A stretch of DNA of 36,335 bases, taken from assembly GCA_964413985.1 (NCBI GenBank), contig CAYPUN010000001.1, positions 1-36,335 on the forward strand, in the 5' to 3' direction. This stretch comes from an uncultured Rickettsia sp. GTDB lineage: Bacteria > Pseudomonadota > Alphaproteobacteria > Rickettsiales > UBA1997. How positions within the stretch are numbered: position 1 is the first letter of the stretch; each line of letters opens with the position of its first letter. This document shows, one piece after another, positions 1 through 9,633 of the stretch. The notes under the pieces were generated by a model that searched no databases, had not been told where the DNA came from, and saw only the letters and a program-made list of their open reading frames with translations. Both the position numbers and the translations under genes were made by a program.

Positions 1-350
1 CCATATTTTATCACATCAAGCCCGCCTTCAGTTGTCACCTCTTGACGTTTTTCTGGCACAATGCAAACAGCGTGCGGCCTTGTTTTAAGAGCAATTGCAA
101 GCATTTCTTCAGTTGCCGCCATCTCCAAATTGATCGGCAATTTTATCGCTTTTTTCAGCGCCACCAAATCTTCATCGCGAATGTGACGACGATCTTCGCG
201 CAAATGAATTGTGATTCCGTGCGCCCCAAATTTTTGCGCAAGAATTGCCGCTTTCACAGGGCTTGGATGCGCTCCACCTCTGGCGTTGCGAATTGTTGCA
301 ACGTGATCAATATTCACCCCAAGCCTAATTTTTCTGACGCTTTTTTTCAT
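1..350 (-). CDS. pdxJ: pyridoxine 5'-phosphate synthase PdxJ, N-terminal part (gene runs off the left window edge)
   Basis: Absent from the ORF track because it is open at the window edge. My reverse-complement translation from the ATG at 350-348 reads [35 protein letters not shown]...[21 protein letters not shown]. This matches the PdxJ hallmarks LGVNIDHxATxRNARG and HLREDRRHI. It overlaps the 3' end of the upstream MFS gene by 26 nt. Confidence 0.85.
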   Translation of the reverse strand, partial: MKKSVRKIRLGVNIDHVATIRNARGGAHPSPVKAAILAQKFGAHGITIHLREDRRHIRDEDLVALKKAIKLPINLEMAATEEMLAIALKTRPHAVCIVPEKRQEVTTEGGLDVIKY

Positions 351-1479
351 ACAAAAATATAAAAATAAAATAACCAATATTGGCCAAAATTATCGTAATA
401 AAAAATCCATAAAAATCAAAAAGTGAAATCAAAGCCCCGCCAATAAAGGCTCCAAGCAATTGTCCAATTGAAGCAATTGATTGAAAAGTTGAATTTGACG
501 CAATTAGTTTTTCTTTTGGAAATGATTCATTAGCAATGGTGATTGAAGCCACAAAAATCAAGGCTGTAAAGCAGCCAAAGAAAAAATAAATTGCAAGCAA
601 CGCCACAAAAGAATGATAGAAAAACAATCCGCAAGACATTATCACCAAGCAGCCAACAAAGCCGGTGAGGATCATTTTATAGCGATCATATTTGTTGACT
701 AAAAACCCGGCATACAAATCGCAAAAACCGCTGGCCATAAAGGCTCCAATCAACATGCCAGAATTTTCAGGGCTGATATTTACTTTGGCGCCAAAAACAA
801 CACTCAGCAAAACCAAGCAGCCACATTGTATTTCAAGTAGCAGGCGCGCTGTTGCAATGCGTGGTTGCTGTCTAAAAAATTCGCTAATTTTAATTCGATG
901 CGCATCAATATTTCTTGGACGAGTGCGTCTTGCAAGCAGCAAAATCAAGCCCGAAATCGCAATTAAAGAAGAGGACGTCAAAAATGATGTATAATTTTGC
1001 GCCCCTAAATTTTTCACTACAAACGCGCCAATCACAATGCCAACACAAAAAGTGGTGGTAATAAGCGCCAGCGCAATGCTGCGGACTTCATTCTTAATCA
1101 AAATATTTATCCAGCTTTGGCGAATAATATAAAGTCCAAACCAGCAAAAACCGTTGATAACACAGATTGCAAGCCATAGAGAAAAATTTTGATAAAAGAA
1201 AATAACTGCAATATTTAGTGCATAAAGCAAACTAAAAAGCAGCGACGATCTTAGAGCGCCAAGCTTCGCAATAATTTTGCTTAAATAAAAAGAAATAAAA
1301 ATACTAGCGCAAATTTCAGCCGCAGTTGCAATGCCAATCAAAAATGGCGACACATTATGTTTTATCAAAATCGCTGGCAAGGCAATAATATTGATGCCAA
1401 AGGCCACCGATCCAGCTAAAATACTAGCAAACAAAATACACAAACCAAAAATATTTTGGCGATTGGAAGTTTTAGTCAT
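325..1479 (-). CDS. MFS-type membrane transporter (substrate unknown)
   Basis: 384-aa ORF that is almost entirely hydrophobic, with about 12 predicted helices and a basic central loop ([13 protein letters not shown]), which is typical MFS topology. No specific subfamily recognised. Confidence 0.7.
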   Translation of the reverse strand: MTKTSNRQNIFGLCILFASILAGSVAFGINIIALPAILIKHNVSPFLIGIATAAEICASIFISFYLSKIIAKLGALRSSLLFSLLYALNIAVIFFYQNFSLWLAICVINGFCWFGLYIIRQSWINILIKNEVRSIALALITTTFCVGIVIGAFVVKNLGAQNYTSFLTSSSLIAISGLILLLARRTRPRNIDAHRIKISEFFRQQPRIATARLLLEIQCGCLVLLSVVFGAKVNISPENSGMLIGAFMASGFCDLYAGFLVNKYDRYKMILTGFVGCLVIMSCGLFFYHSFVALLAIYFFFGCFTALIFVASITIANESFPKEKLIASNSTFQSIASIGQLLGAFIGGALISLFDFYGFFITIILANIGYFIFIFLYEKKRQKN

Positions 1480-1556
1480 TTATGTCACTTGAAAGATTAG
1501 AGTGTTTAAATTAGAATCATCGAAGCGTTATAATAAGTCAACATTTTGAGAAGTCG

Positions 1557-3467
1557 ATGAGTAAATCTCCGCTTTTAGATAAAATAAAATTTCCACGCGA
1601 TTTGCGCCAATTTCCGCATGAAGATTTGCCGCAAATTGCCGACGAACTTCGCCGCGAAACAATTTCTGCTGTCTCGCAAACTGGCGGACACCTTGGCGCA
1701 GGCCTTGGCGTTGTAGAGCTAACCGTTGCACTCCATTATGTTTTTGACACGCCAAATGATCGCTTGATTTGGGATGTTGGCCACCAAGCCTATCCGCACA
1801 AAATTCTCACGGGCCGCCGCGACAGAATGCGCACCATCCGCCAGCCCGAAGGCCTTGCCGGTTTCACGCGTCGCGCCGAAAGTGAATATGATCCATTTGG
1901 GGCAGGGCACAGCTCCACCTCTATCTCGGCAGCACTTGGAATTTCTGTCGCCAAAAAACTTAGCGGCGAAAAATCGCACACAATTGCGGTGATTGGTGAC
2001 GGCGCAATTTCCGCTGGCATGGCCTACGAAGCCATGAACAACGCGGGCGCACTGCCGGATGAATTTTATATCAACAACCGCCTCATCGTCATTTTAAACG
2101 ACAACGACATGTCAATTGCGCCGCCAACAGGGGCGATGTCACACTATCTCTCGCGTTTGGCCGCATCAAAATCATATTTAAAAATTCGCGATTTCTCCAA
2201 AAAAATTTCGCACAAACTCAATGCTGACGGCATCGCTCACGGTTTGCGCAAATTTGAAAAAGCCGCCAAAGAATGGTGGATGGGCGGCAACATTTTTGAA
2301 GAGATGGGCTTTTATTACATCGGCCCCATTGACGGCCACAACCTCGAAGTGCTGGTGCCAATTCTACAAAATATCCGCGACGACAATTCAACCGATCCAA
2401 TCCTCATCCACTGCGTCACACAAAAGGGCAAAGGCTATAACGAGGTGATGCAAAGCAACGACAAACTGCATGCAGTTTCAAAGTTTGATCCCGAAACAGG
2501 AGTGCCGCAAGCCGCCAAATCACTGCATCCATCCTATAGCAAAATTTTTGGCACAAGGTTAAGCGAGCTTGCAAAAACTGATGAAAAAATTATCGCCATC
2601 ACTGCCGCAATGCCTGCGGGCACTGGTCTCGACGGCTTTGCCACTGCGCATCCACAAAAGTTTTTCGATGTCGGAATTGCCGAACAACACGCCGTAACCT
2701 TCGCCGCCGGCCTTGCCAGCGAAGGCCTCAAGCCATATGCTGCAATTTATTCCACCTTCCTACAACGTGCATATGATCAAGTGGTGCACGATGTTGCAGT
2801 GCAAAATTTGCCTGTGCGTTTTGCCATTGACCGCGCCGGCTTCGTAGGTGCTGACGGCCCAACCCACGCGGGCTCATTCGATGTCGCCTATCTCATAAAT
2901 TTACCAAACTTCGTGTTGATGGCCGCTTCCGATGGCCAAGAATTAGTAAAAATGGTCAACACCGCCAACTCAATCAACAACCGCCCCAGCGCCTTCAGAT
3001 TCCCACGCGCCGAGGCCGAATCAGAAATAAATTTCACCGACAACGAAATCTTACAAATCGGCAAAGGTAGAATTATCAACGCCGGAAGCTGTGTTGCAAT
3101 TTTATCCTACGGCTCAATGCTCACGCAATCTCTCGCCGCCGCCGCACAAATAAAACAACAATTCGGCTTCGAACCAACAATCGCCGACGCCAGATTTGCC
3201 AAGCCTTTTGACGAATCTCTCGTCACCAATCTCGCCAAAAATCACGAAATCCTAATCACCATCGAAGAAGGCGCCATCGGCGGTTTTGGCTCCGCAATCG
3301 CCAATTTCCTAATAAACTCATCCTTGATCGAGCGCGAAAATTTCAAATTCCGCTCCCTCTTTATGAGCGACAATTTCATCGAGCAAAACACCATCCCCAA
3401 AATGCAAGAAGAGGCGGGCGTGTCAGCAAATGCTATAGTTGAGCTGGTCAAAAAACTAAAAAACTAG
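1557..3467 (+). CDS. dxs: 1-deoxy-D-xylulose-5-phosphate synthase
   Basis: 636 aa. Has the N-terminal [22 protein letters not shown] motif, the TPP-binding [19 protein letters not shown]...NDN motif, and the transketolase-like middle and C-terminal domains ([18 protein letters not shown]). Confidence 0.95.
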   Translation: MSKSPLLDKIKFPRDLRQFPHEDLPQIADELRRETISAVSQTGGHLGAGLGVVELTVALHYVFDTPNDRLIWDVGHQAYPHKILTGRRDRMRTIRQPEGLAGFTRRAESEYDPFGAGHSSTSISAALGISVAKKLSGEKSHTIAVIGDGAISAGMAYEAMNNAGALPDEFYINNRLIVILNDNDMSIAPPTGAMSHYLSRLAASKSYLKIRDFSKKISHKLNADGIAHGLRKFEKAAKEWWMGGNIFEEMGFYYIGPIDGHNLEVLVPILQNIRDDNSTDPILIHCVTQKGKGYNEVMQSNDKLHAVSKFDPETGVPQAAKSLHPSYSKIFGTRLSELAKTDEKIIAITAAMPAGTGLDGFATAHPQKFFDVGIAEQHAVTFAAGLASEGLKPYAAIYSTFLQRAYDQVVHDVAVQNLPVRFAIDRAGFVGADGPTHAGSFDVAYLINLPNFVLMAASDGQELVKMVNTANSINNRPSAFRFPRAEAESEINFTDNEILQIGKGRIINAGSCVAILSYGSMLTQSLAAAAQIKQQFGFEPTIADARFAKPFDESLVTNLAKNHEILITIEEGAIGGFGSAIANFLINSSLIERENFKFRSLFMSDNFIEQNTIPKMQEEAGVSANAIVELVKKLKN

Positions 3468-3578
3468 GCAACAAACAACCCATCAATTTCTCAAGTTAAA
3501 TTCCTCTTAAATCCACTTGAAACTAAAAATTGTATTTTATATAACGGTAAATAATTATTAACCGAACCATATAAATAT

Positions 3579-4142
3579 ATGCCTTTATACAGCGTTTCTG
3601 AATCTAAAGAAGAAGTTATTATCTCGAACGATAGTCCAGAATATATCACGCAAAAACAATTAGAGAATACTATTGACAACGACAATCTGCAAAAATTAAC
3701 TTTACATAATTGCGCACCTTTGCAAGCGGCAGATTCTGAAAGAAGAAGTCCTGGTTTTTTTCGACAAATAAAAGCAAAAGAAGTTAAAGTAACCGGAGAT
3801 GATCAAATAGAATTTGCTGCTCTTGTCAATCTTTTATGCAATGAAAATGTTAACAAAATCACTATTCAGATAAATTCTCGATTGATTGATAACGAATCGA
3901 TTGCAGAACTTCTAAAGGATAATCATAATTTGGTCGAACTTAAAATTCTTGATTACCCAGACAAGAGCAATATCTATTCTTTAACAGAAAAGTGCTCCCA
4001 ATATCTTCAAAGAAACCTAGATGAGAAGACTCGTCGCGAGTCAGCTACTCAAGCAGGTGAACCTCAAGCGTCTGCAGCGGCAGCATCAGCGGCACCAGCT
4101 TCAGCAGCAGATACAACAAAGAAGCGTCCTCACGCCTTATAA
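3579..4142 (+). CDS. hypothetical protein, possible RNI-type leucine-rich-repeat fold with an Ala-rich C-terminal tail
   Basis: 187-aa ORF with its own AT-rich upstream region. Contains LRR-like segments (LQKLTLHNC; NKITIQINSRLIDNESIAELLKDNHNLVELKILDY). The tail is QASAAAASAAPASAADTTKKRPHAL. I recognise no conserved enzyme motif. Confidence 0.55.
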   Translation: MPLYSVSESKEEVIISNDSPEYITQKQLENTIDNDNLQKLTLHNCAPLQAADSERRSPGFFRQIKAKEVKVTGDDQIEFAALVNLLCNENVNKITIQINSRLIDNESIAELLKDNHNLVELKILDYPDKSNIYSLTEKCSQYLQRNLDEKTRRESATQAGEPQASAAAASAAPASAADTTKKRPHAL

Positions 4143-4289
4143 AATCTCAACCAAAAGAGAGCTATTTTATAGATTTTTCCCATAAATCAAAAACTAAATA
4201 GCTCTCAAACCCAACACCTCTTGCCATTTTAAAAAAACATTTTATCATAAAAAAAGCTTTTTACCCATAATTTTATTGATCTCGCTATC

Positions 4290-5087
4290 ATGGCCGAATT
4301 CCAATTACCAAAAAATTCTCAAATCGACAAAAAAGCTGGCAAAACCTACAAATCAAGCACTGCCAGCAAAAACACTCGCATTTTCGAAATCTATCGCTAC
4401 GACCCAGAAGATGCCGAGAAAAAAAATCCCCACATCGACAAATTCGAAGTTGACCTAGACAATTGCGGCCCCATGATCCTCGACGCTCTCATCAAAATCA
4501 AAGCCGAGCACGATTCATCGCTAACCTTCCGCCGCTCTTGTCGCGAAGGAATTTGCGGCTCATGCTCGATGAACATAGACGGCTCTAACACTCTGGCTTG
4601 CACCAAATCAATTTCTGATTGCAAATCATCAAACGTAAAAATTTATCCATTGCCGCACATGCCCGTGGTTAAAGACCTCGTGCCTGATCTCAGTCATTTT
4701 TATGACCAGCTAAAATCAATCGAGCCATGGCTGCAAGCATCAGAGCCAGCCAATCAAAACAAAGAAAGGCTCCAAACCCCACAAGAGCGCGAAAAACTCG
4801 ACGGCCTTTATGAGTGCATTTTGTGCGCTTGCTGCTCAACCTCGTGCCCAAGCTATTGGTGGAACGGCGATCAATATCTCGGGCCTGCAGTGCTTTTGCA
4901 AGCCTATCGCTTTCTTGCTGATTCACGCGACGAAGCTACAGCCAAGCGCCTTGACGCCCTTGAAGATCCGTTCAAACTTTATCGCTGCCACACAATCATG
5001 AACTGCGCCAACGTTTGCCCCAAAGGCCTCAACCCCGCGCAGGCAATTGCCACCATCAAAGGCATGATTGCAGATCGCAAAGCATAA
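4290..5087 (+). CDS. sdhB: succinate dehydrogenase iron-sulfur subunit
   Basis: Has three Cys clusters: [31 protein letters not shown] and [17 protein letters not shown]. At 265 aa it is the typical SdhB length. Confidence 0.95.
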   Translation: MAEFQLPKNSQIDKKAGKTYKSSTASKNTRIFEIYRYDPEDAEKKNPHIDKFEVDLDNCGPMILDALIKIKAEHDSSLTFRRSCREGICGSCSMNIDGSNTLACTKSISDCKSSNVKIYPLPHMPVVKDLVPDLSHFYDQLKSIEPWLQASEPANQNKERLQTPQEREKLDGLYECILCACCSTSCPSYWWNGDQYLGPAVLLQAYRFLADSRDEATAKRLDALEDPFKLYRCHTIMNCANVCPKGLNPAQAIATIKGMIADRKA

Positions 5088-5521
5088 TGCAAAGTCCAAA
5101 AGTCGAAATTTACACAGACGGCGCATGCAGCGGCAATCCAGGCCCCGGTGGCTGGGGCGCCGTTTTGCTCTATAAAGAACACATCAAAAAAATCTCCGGT
5201 CACGAAAACGAAACCACCAACAATCGCATGGAAATTCGCGCCGTCATCGAGGCTCTCAAAGCCCTCAAAAAGCCAGCGCAGGTCGTGGTTTACACCGACA
5301 GCAAATATGTGCAAAGCGGCATCAACGAATGGATCCACTCATGGAAAATGAAGGGCTGGAAAGGTGCCAACAAAAAGCCAATAAAAAATGTCGATTTGTG
5401 GAAAGAGCTAGACGAAGAAGCGGCAAAACATCAGATAGAATGGCTCTGGGTAAAAGGGCACAGCGGCAATCAATATAACGAAATCGCAGATCAATTGGCC
5501 ACAGCAGCAATCAAAAGATAG
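5087..5521 (+). CDS. rnhA: ribonuclease HI
   Basis: The track ORF 5015-5521 overlaps sdhB. The homologous start is [24 protein letters not shown] at 5087, with the ATG overlapping the sdhB TAA (TAATG). RNase H motifs are TDGA...NNRMEI...TDS...HSGNxxNExADxLA. Confidence 0.9.
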   Translation: MQSPKVEIYTDGACSGNPGPGGWGAVLLYKEHIKKISGHENETTNNRMEIRAVIEALKALKKPAQVVVYTDSKYVQSGINEWIHSWKMKGWKGANKKPIKNVDLWKELDEEAAKHQIEWLWVKGHSGNQYNEIADQLATAAIKR

Positions 5522-5560
5522 ATCTTAAGGCTTACTCACACTCGAATCTTTAAATAAGAC

Positions 5561-5600
5561 AAAAAAAAGAGGCGAAGAAAAAATCTTCACCTCTTTTTTT
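5561..5600. terminator. putative bidirectional rho-independent terminator between convergent rnhA and rplY
   Basis: An A-run is followed by the stem gaggcgaaga (5569-5578), an aaaaa loop and tcttcacctc (5584-5593), with one C/A mismatch. This is followed by a T-run at 5594-5600. Confidence 0.5.
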
Positions 5601-5622
5601 AAAACACAATATCAAACAAAAA

Positions 5623-6339
5623 CTATTTCTTCTTGTCATCTTTAGCAGGAGCCTTAGCTGCAGGAGCTTTAGCCGCACCAGCCGCACCAGCCGCAGGAGC
5701 AGCGCCACCAGCCGCAGGAGCACCAGCTGCACCAGCTGCAGCAGCGTCACCGCCACCAACTGCTTGTTCTTCTTCAGCTTTGCCGCGACCAATAATACTT
5801 GCAATCAAAAAGCTATCTTTTCTAGCCAAAGAAACGCCAGCAGGAAGTTTCAAATTTTGGCTTCTAACTTTGCTGCCAACTTGAAGAGTTGAAGCATCAA
5901 AATCGATTTTTTCAGGAATGCTGTTTGCATTTTCGCAAATAACAGAAATTTTTCTTAAAACAACGTGCAAAAATCCACCTTTTTTCAAACCAGGAGTTCT
6001 ATCCAAATTGACAAAATTGATTTTTGGTTGCGCTTTGAAAGATTTGGTTTCATCGCAATTGATAAGCTCAATGTGAACTGGTTGATCAGAAACTGGATCA
6101 AGCTCAACTTTGTGAGTGATAGTTTTGATTTTTTTGCCAGCAAGTTCAATTTCAGCAACGCGAGTTTGCACGTTTCCTTTCAAGAACTCTAACTCAAATT
6201 CTCTTTTGTCAACGCTGATGTTGATGTTGCCATTTTTTGAATAAATCACAGCAGGAATCTTGCCTGAATTTTTGATTCTTCTTGCTTCTAAAGAGCCGAG
6301 TTTTTCTCTTTTTTCTGCTTTTAATTGAAAGCTAGACAT
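5623..6339 (-). CDS. rplY: 50S ribosomal protein L25 / general stress protein Ctc, with an Ala/Gly/Pro-rich C-terminal tail
   Basis: The N-terminus LKAEKREKLGSLEARRIKNSGKIPAVIYSKNGN is typical of L25/Ctc. The last ~50 aa are low-complexity (AAAAGAAGAPAAGGAAPAAGAAGAAKAPAAKAPAKDDKKK). Confidence 0.9.
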   Translation of the reverse strand: MSSFQLKAEKREKLGSLEARRIKNSGKIPAVIYSKNGNINISVDKREFELEFLKGNVQTRVAEIELAGKKIKTITHKVELDPVSDQPVHIELINCDETKSFKAQPKINFVNLDRTPGLKKGGFLHVVLRKISVICENANSIPEKIDFDASTLQVGSKVRSQNLKLPAGVSLARKDSFLIASIIGRGKAEEEQAVGGGDAAAAGAAGAPAAGGAAPAAGAAGAAKAPAAKAPAKDDKKK

Positions 6340-6415
6340 AAAATATGTAAACGAAATAATTATTATATAAAATATAGGGGCAGCAAATATAGAGTTTTCC
6401 TAACAAATAATCAAG

Positions 6416-6889
6416 TTATTTTTTCTCCACTTGCTTTATCGCCTCCAAAACCTCTTCCACATGGCCATTCACCTTTACAGAAGTCCAAATTTTGCTGATT
6501 TTGCCAATTTTGTTAATCAAAAATGTGCTGCGATCAATGCCCATATATTTGCGTCCCAACATCGATTTTTCTTTGATAACGTCATAATCTTTGCAAGTTT
6601 TTTGCGTTTCATCGGCCAAAAGCGTAACTTTTAGCGCATATTTTTCGACAAATTTGCAATGGCTTTTCACGCTATCTTTAGAAATTCCAAGAACCACGGC
6701 ATCAAGAGCTTCAAACTCTTTCAGCTTTTTTGTAAAATCTTGCGCTTCAATCGTGCATCCAGGGGTGTCGTCTTTTGGATAAAAATAAAGCACAACATTT
6801 TTTCCCTTCAAATCTGACAAAGAAATTTCTTCGCCGTCATTGCTTGGCAGAGAAAAGGCCGGAGCATTTTTTCCAACTTCAATTTTCAT
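6416..6889 (-). CDS. bcp: thiol peroxidase / peroxiredoxin Bcp
   Basis: 157 aa. YFYPKDDTPGCTIEAQDF contains the peroxidatic Cys motif PGCT of the AhpC/TSA-Bcp family. Confidence 0.9.
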   Translation of the reverse strand: MKIEVGKNAPAFSLPSNDGEEISLSDLKGKNVVLYFYPKDDTPGCTIEAQDFTKKLKEFEALDAVVLGISKDSVKSHCKFVEKYALKVTLLADETQKTCKDYDVIKEKSMLGRKYMGIDRSTFLINKIGKISKIWTSVKVNGHVEEVLEAIKQVEKK

Positions 6890-7476
6890 TATTTTTTAGT
6901 GGTTGTTTTTTTCTTTTTTTTCGGCTTTTCAACTTCCACTTCGCCAACAGCTTTAACGGTCAAAATGATGTCGTTAAATTGTGATTGGCTGCAAAGTCCA
7001 AGCAACACAACGTCGCGCGGCTTAATGTTTTTCAAGTTCCAATGGGTGCGATTGCGAATCGAATCGATCATTGCATCAGTGGTTCCAATCAGTTTTTTAA
7101 CCTGCAAATTGGTGATTTCTGGATAATATTTGAGCAGATATGCAATGCCGTCTGGCTTGTCTTGGCGGCGCGCAATTGGCGTATATTTGCCCGATTTTTT
7201 TGAGTTGCTTTTGATCTCTGCCGCAGCGTTGCGATTTAAGATCAAAGACGCATCAACATTGGCTTCGCAGCGCTTGATTTCTGCTTCGGTCAGCTGTCCT
7301 GAATAAACAGGATTTTGGCCGATGATGCCAGCAGCAACGTCGCCGTCAGCAATTCCTTGCACTTCAAGTTCGTGCAAACCGCAAAAACGCGCGATCTGAT
7401 CGAAGGTTAGTGATGTATTTTCAACGAGCCACACTGCAGTTGCCTTGCGCATCAAAGGAAGATCTTGTTCTGTCAT
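6889..7476 (-). CDS. DUF1013-family protein (annotated in some databases as cell-cycle regulator TrcR)
   Basis: PLMRKATAVWLVENTSLTFDQIARFCGLHELEVQGIADGDVA is the conserved N-terminal signature I recognise for alphaproteobacterial DUF1013. Its stop overlaps the bcp start by 1 nt (TAATG). Confidence 0.8.
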   Translation of the reverse strand: MTEQDLPLMRKATAVWLVENTSLTFDQIARFCGLHELEVQGIADGDVAAGIIGQNPVYSGQLTEAEIKRCEANVDASLILNRNAAAEIKSNSKKSGKYTPIARRQDKPDGIAYLLKYYPEITNLQVKKLIGTTDAMIDSIRNRTHWNLKNIKPRDVVLLGLCSQSQFNDIILTVKAVGEVEVEKPKKKKKTTTKK

Positions 7477-7555
7477 TTTGTTTTATTTTGAAATTGTAAT
7501 TAGATTTGACCATCTATAGTCTGATCTTAATCTAAAAACGGTTTTAAAAGCAAGT

Positions 7556-8410
7556 ATGAAAAATTGGAATTATCAAAATTTTACAGTTTATCAGTTTGAT
7601 GAATTGGACAGCACCAACAGCCACGCGGCTGCAATGGCAAATGCGGGCAAGTTGTTCGATCGCGAGATTGTTATGGCAAATTGCCAAAATGCAGGGCGAG
7701 GGCGTATGGACAGGGCTTGGGCATCGCCAAAAGGCAATTTATATTTTTCTTTGTTGCTGCGCGAAGCCTTGAATCTCAAGGATGTAGGGCAGATTTCTTT
7801 TTTGGCAATTGTGGCTTTGAGGCTTGCAATTGAAGGTTTGGTGGATGGTTTGTTGCCCACAGAAGATTCTTCGCTCAAATTTGATGCAGAGCCAAAAGTG
7901 CCAAAAGTAGATTCGTCGCCAAAATTGAACACAAAGCCAAAAATCGAAAACAAATGGCCAAACGACTTGCTGCTTGATGAAAAAAAACTTGCCGGAATTT
8001 TGCTCGAAAGCAAATTTAATCAAGAAAAGTGCGAATTTGTCGTGCTTGGAATTGGCGTCAACATTGCCTCCAGCCCTGATAACACAATTTTTCCTGCCAC
8101 AAATTTAGCGCACCACAATATCAAAATCACGCCAGAAAATTTGCTGCGAGAATTTTTGGCGCAGTTTGAAATTCTTTATCAAAATTGGTTGAGTTTTGGT
8201 TTTCAAAATGTTCGCAAAGCTTGGCTTTCTAAGGCTTATCGCCTGAAGGAAGAAATTGTAGTGAAGGTTGAAGGCAAGGAAATAAAAGGCGTGTTTGAAG
8301 ATTTGGATGTTGATGGAGCCTTGATTTTAAAGGTTGAGGGTGATTCAGAAAATGAAAATAATTTAGGAAATGATGGTTTGAAAAAAATATTTTATGGCGA
8401 TATAAGTTAA
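7556..8410 (+). CDS. birA: biotin--[acetyl-CoA-carboxylase] ligase, class I (no N-terminal HTH), with a lineage-specific insertion
   Basis: Has the GRGRMDRAWASPKGNLYFS (GRGRxxRxW) and KWPNDLLLDEKKLAGILLE motifs. About 35 extra residues precede KWPND. Confidence 0.85.
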   Translation: MKNWNYQNFTVYQFDELDSTNSHAAAMANAGKLFDREIVMANCQNAGRGRMDRAWASPKGNLYFSLLLREALNLKDVGQISFLAIVALRLAIEGLVDGLLPTEDSSLKFDAEPKVPKVDSSPKLNTKPKIENKWPNDLLLDEKKLAGILLESKFNQEKCEFVVLGIGVNIASSPDNTIFPATNLAHHNIKITPENLLREFLAQFEILYQNWLSFGFQNVRKAWLSKAYRLKEEIVVKVEGKEIKGVFEDLDVDGALILKVEGDSENENNLGNDGLKKIFYGDIS

Positions 8411-8494
8411 AAATGCGCCAGAAATCATGCTAAAATTACGATTTAAACCAGAAAATTAATTCTAGCAAAATCAGCGCCAGCACGCCGATCTCGC

Positions 8495-9559
8495 CTATTC
8501 TTCACTCAACTTGCGCGCTTGATCATCCGCCGTCAAAGCATCAATAAACTCATCCAATTCGCCAAGCATAATTTCGTCAATGCGATAAGATGTCATGTTG
8601 ATGCGATGGTCAGTGACGCGGCTTTGCGGAAAGTTATAAGTGCGAATACGCTCAGAACGATCACCGCTTCCAACTTGCTCTTTACGTGCCGCAGCCCGCT
8701 CTCTGTCTTGCCTCTCGCGCTCTGCATCATAAATTCTCGAACGCAAAACTTTCATCGCTTTCTCGCGATTTTTAATTTGCGATTTTTCATCCTGCATCGA
8801 AACCACCACACCAGTTGGAATGTGAGTGATGCGAACCGCAGAGTCTGTAGTGTTCACCGATTGTCCACCGGGGCCAGAAGAGCGAAAAACATCGATACGC
8901 AAATCTTTTTCTTCAATTTTAATATCAACTTCTTCAGCCTCTGGAAGTATGGCAACCGTGGCTGCAGAGGTGTGAACGCGACCCGAGGCCTCGGTTTCTG
9001 GCACTCTTTGCACGCGATGCGCGCCAGATTCAAATTTTAAACGCGCAAATGCGCCACGTCCCACAATCAATGCTGACGCGTCTTTATAGCCACCAAGTCC
9101 AGTTGTAGAAAGTTCCAAAATTTCAAATTTCCAACGTTTTTTTTCAGCATATTTTTGATACATGTGAAAAAGTTTATAACCAAAAAGTGCAGCCTCTTCG
9201 CCGCCAGTGCCGGCGCGAATTTCAAGGATTGCGTTCTTTTCATCCGCCACATCTTTTGGCAATAACGCAATTTTAATTTCTTGCTCAACAACAGGAATTC
9301 GTTTGGCCAGCAGCATTTTTTCTTCTTCCATCATATCTTTCATTTCCTTGTCAGTTGTGCTTGCAAGGCCATCTTCAATTTCTTTTAATTCTTTTTGCGT
9401 TTTGTGATATTCATGAATAAGCGCAACAATTGGCATCAAATCAGAATGCTCCTTTGAAACCTTGGCATAGTTAGAGCCAAGCGCATTTGGATCGAGTAAT
9501 TTTTTCTCAAGTTCGTCAAATTTTGTGACCAAACCGTCTAATTTTTGCGTAAATGACAT
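8495..9559 (-). CDS. prfA: peptide chain release factor 1
   Basis: Has the GGQ motif ([23 protein letters not shown]). The RF1-type PxT tripeptide context is [17 protein letters not shown]. Confidence 0.95.
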   Translation of the reverse strand: MSFTQKLDGLVTKFDELEKKLLDPNALGSNYAKVSKEHSDLMPIVALIHEYHKTQKELKEIEDGLASTTDKEMKDMMEEEKMLLAKRIPVVEQEIKIALLPKDVADEKNAILEIRAGTGGEEAALFGYKLFHMYQKYAEKKRWKFEILELSTTGLGGYKDASALIVGRGAFARLKFESGAHRVQRVPETEASGRVHTSAATVAILPEAEEVDIKIEEKDLRIDVFRSSGPGGQSVNTTDSAVRITHIPTGVVVSMQDEKSQIKNREKAMKVLRSRIYDAERERQDRERAAARKEQVGSGDRSERIRTYNFPQSRVTDHRINMTSYRIDEIMLGELDEFIDALTADDQARKLSEE

Positions 9560-9633
9560 TTTTATGGAAGAAATAGAATCAATATTTATAATAGGACATA
9601 TTAAACTAACAATCGCTTATAAATCAAGGTTAA

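Noticed and set aside
42-362. 106-aa plus-strand ORF at the left edge
   Set aside because: It lies antisense to a clear PdxJ reading frame ([25 protein letters not shown]) and its Cys/Phe/Arg-rich product has no recognisable features. It is a shadow ORF.
5015-5086. N-terminal 24-codon extension of the rnhA track ORF
   Set aside because: The extension overlaps the sdhB coding region in another frame, and RNase HI homology begins at [13 protein letters not shown]. The start at 5087 is preferred.
5550-5884. 84-aa minus-strand and 83-aa plus-strand ORFs around the L25 tail
   Set aside because: They are alternative-frame or antisense readings of the Ala-rich tail repeat of rplY. The L25 frame is supported by its conserved N-terminal domain.
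8519-9040. 173-aa plus-strand ORF inside prfA, and similar antisense ORFs inside ffh, fadE, dxr, dcd and the kef gene
   Set aside because: All are contained antisense or out of frame within strongly supported conserved genes, and none has recognisable motifs.
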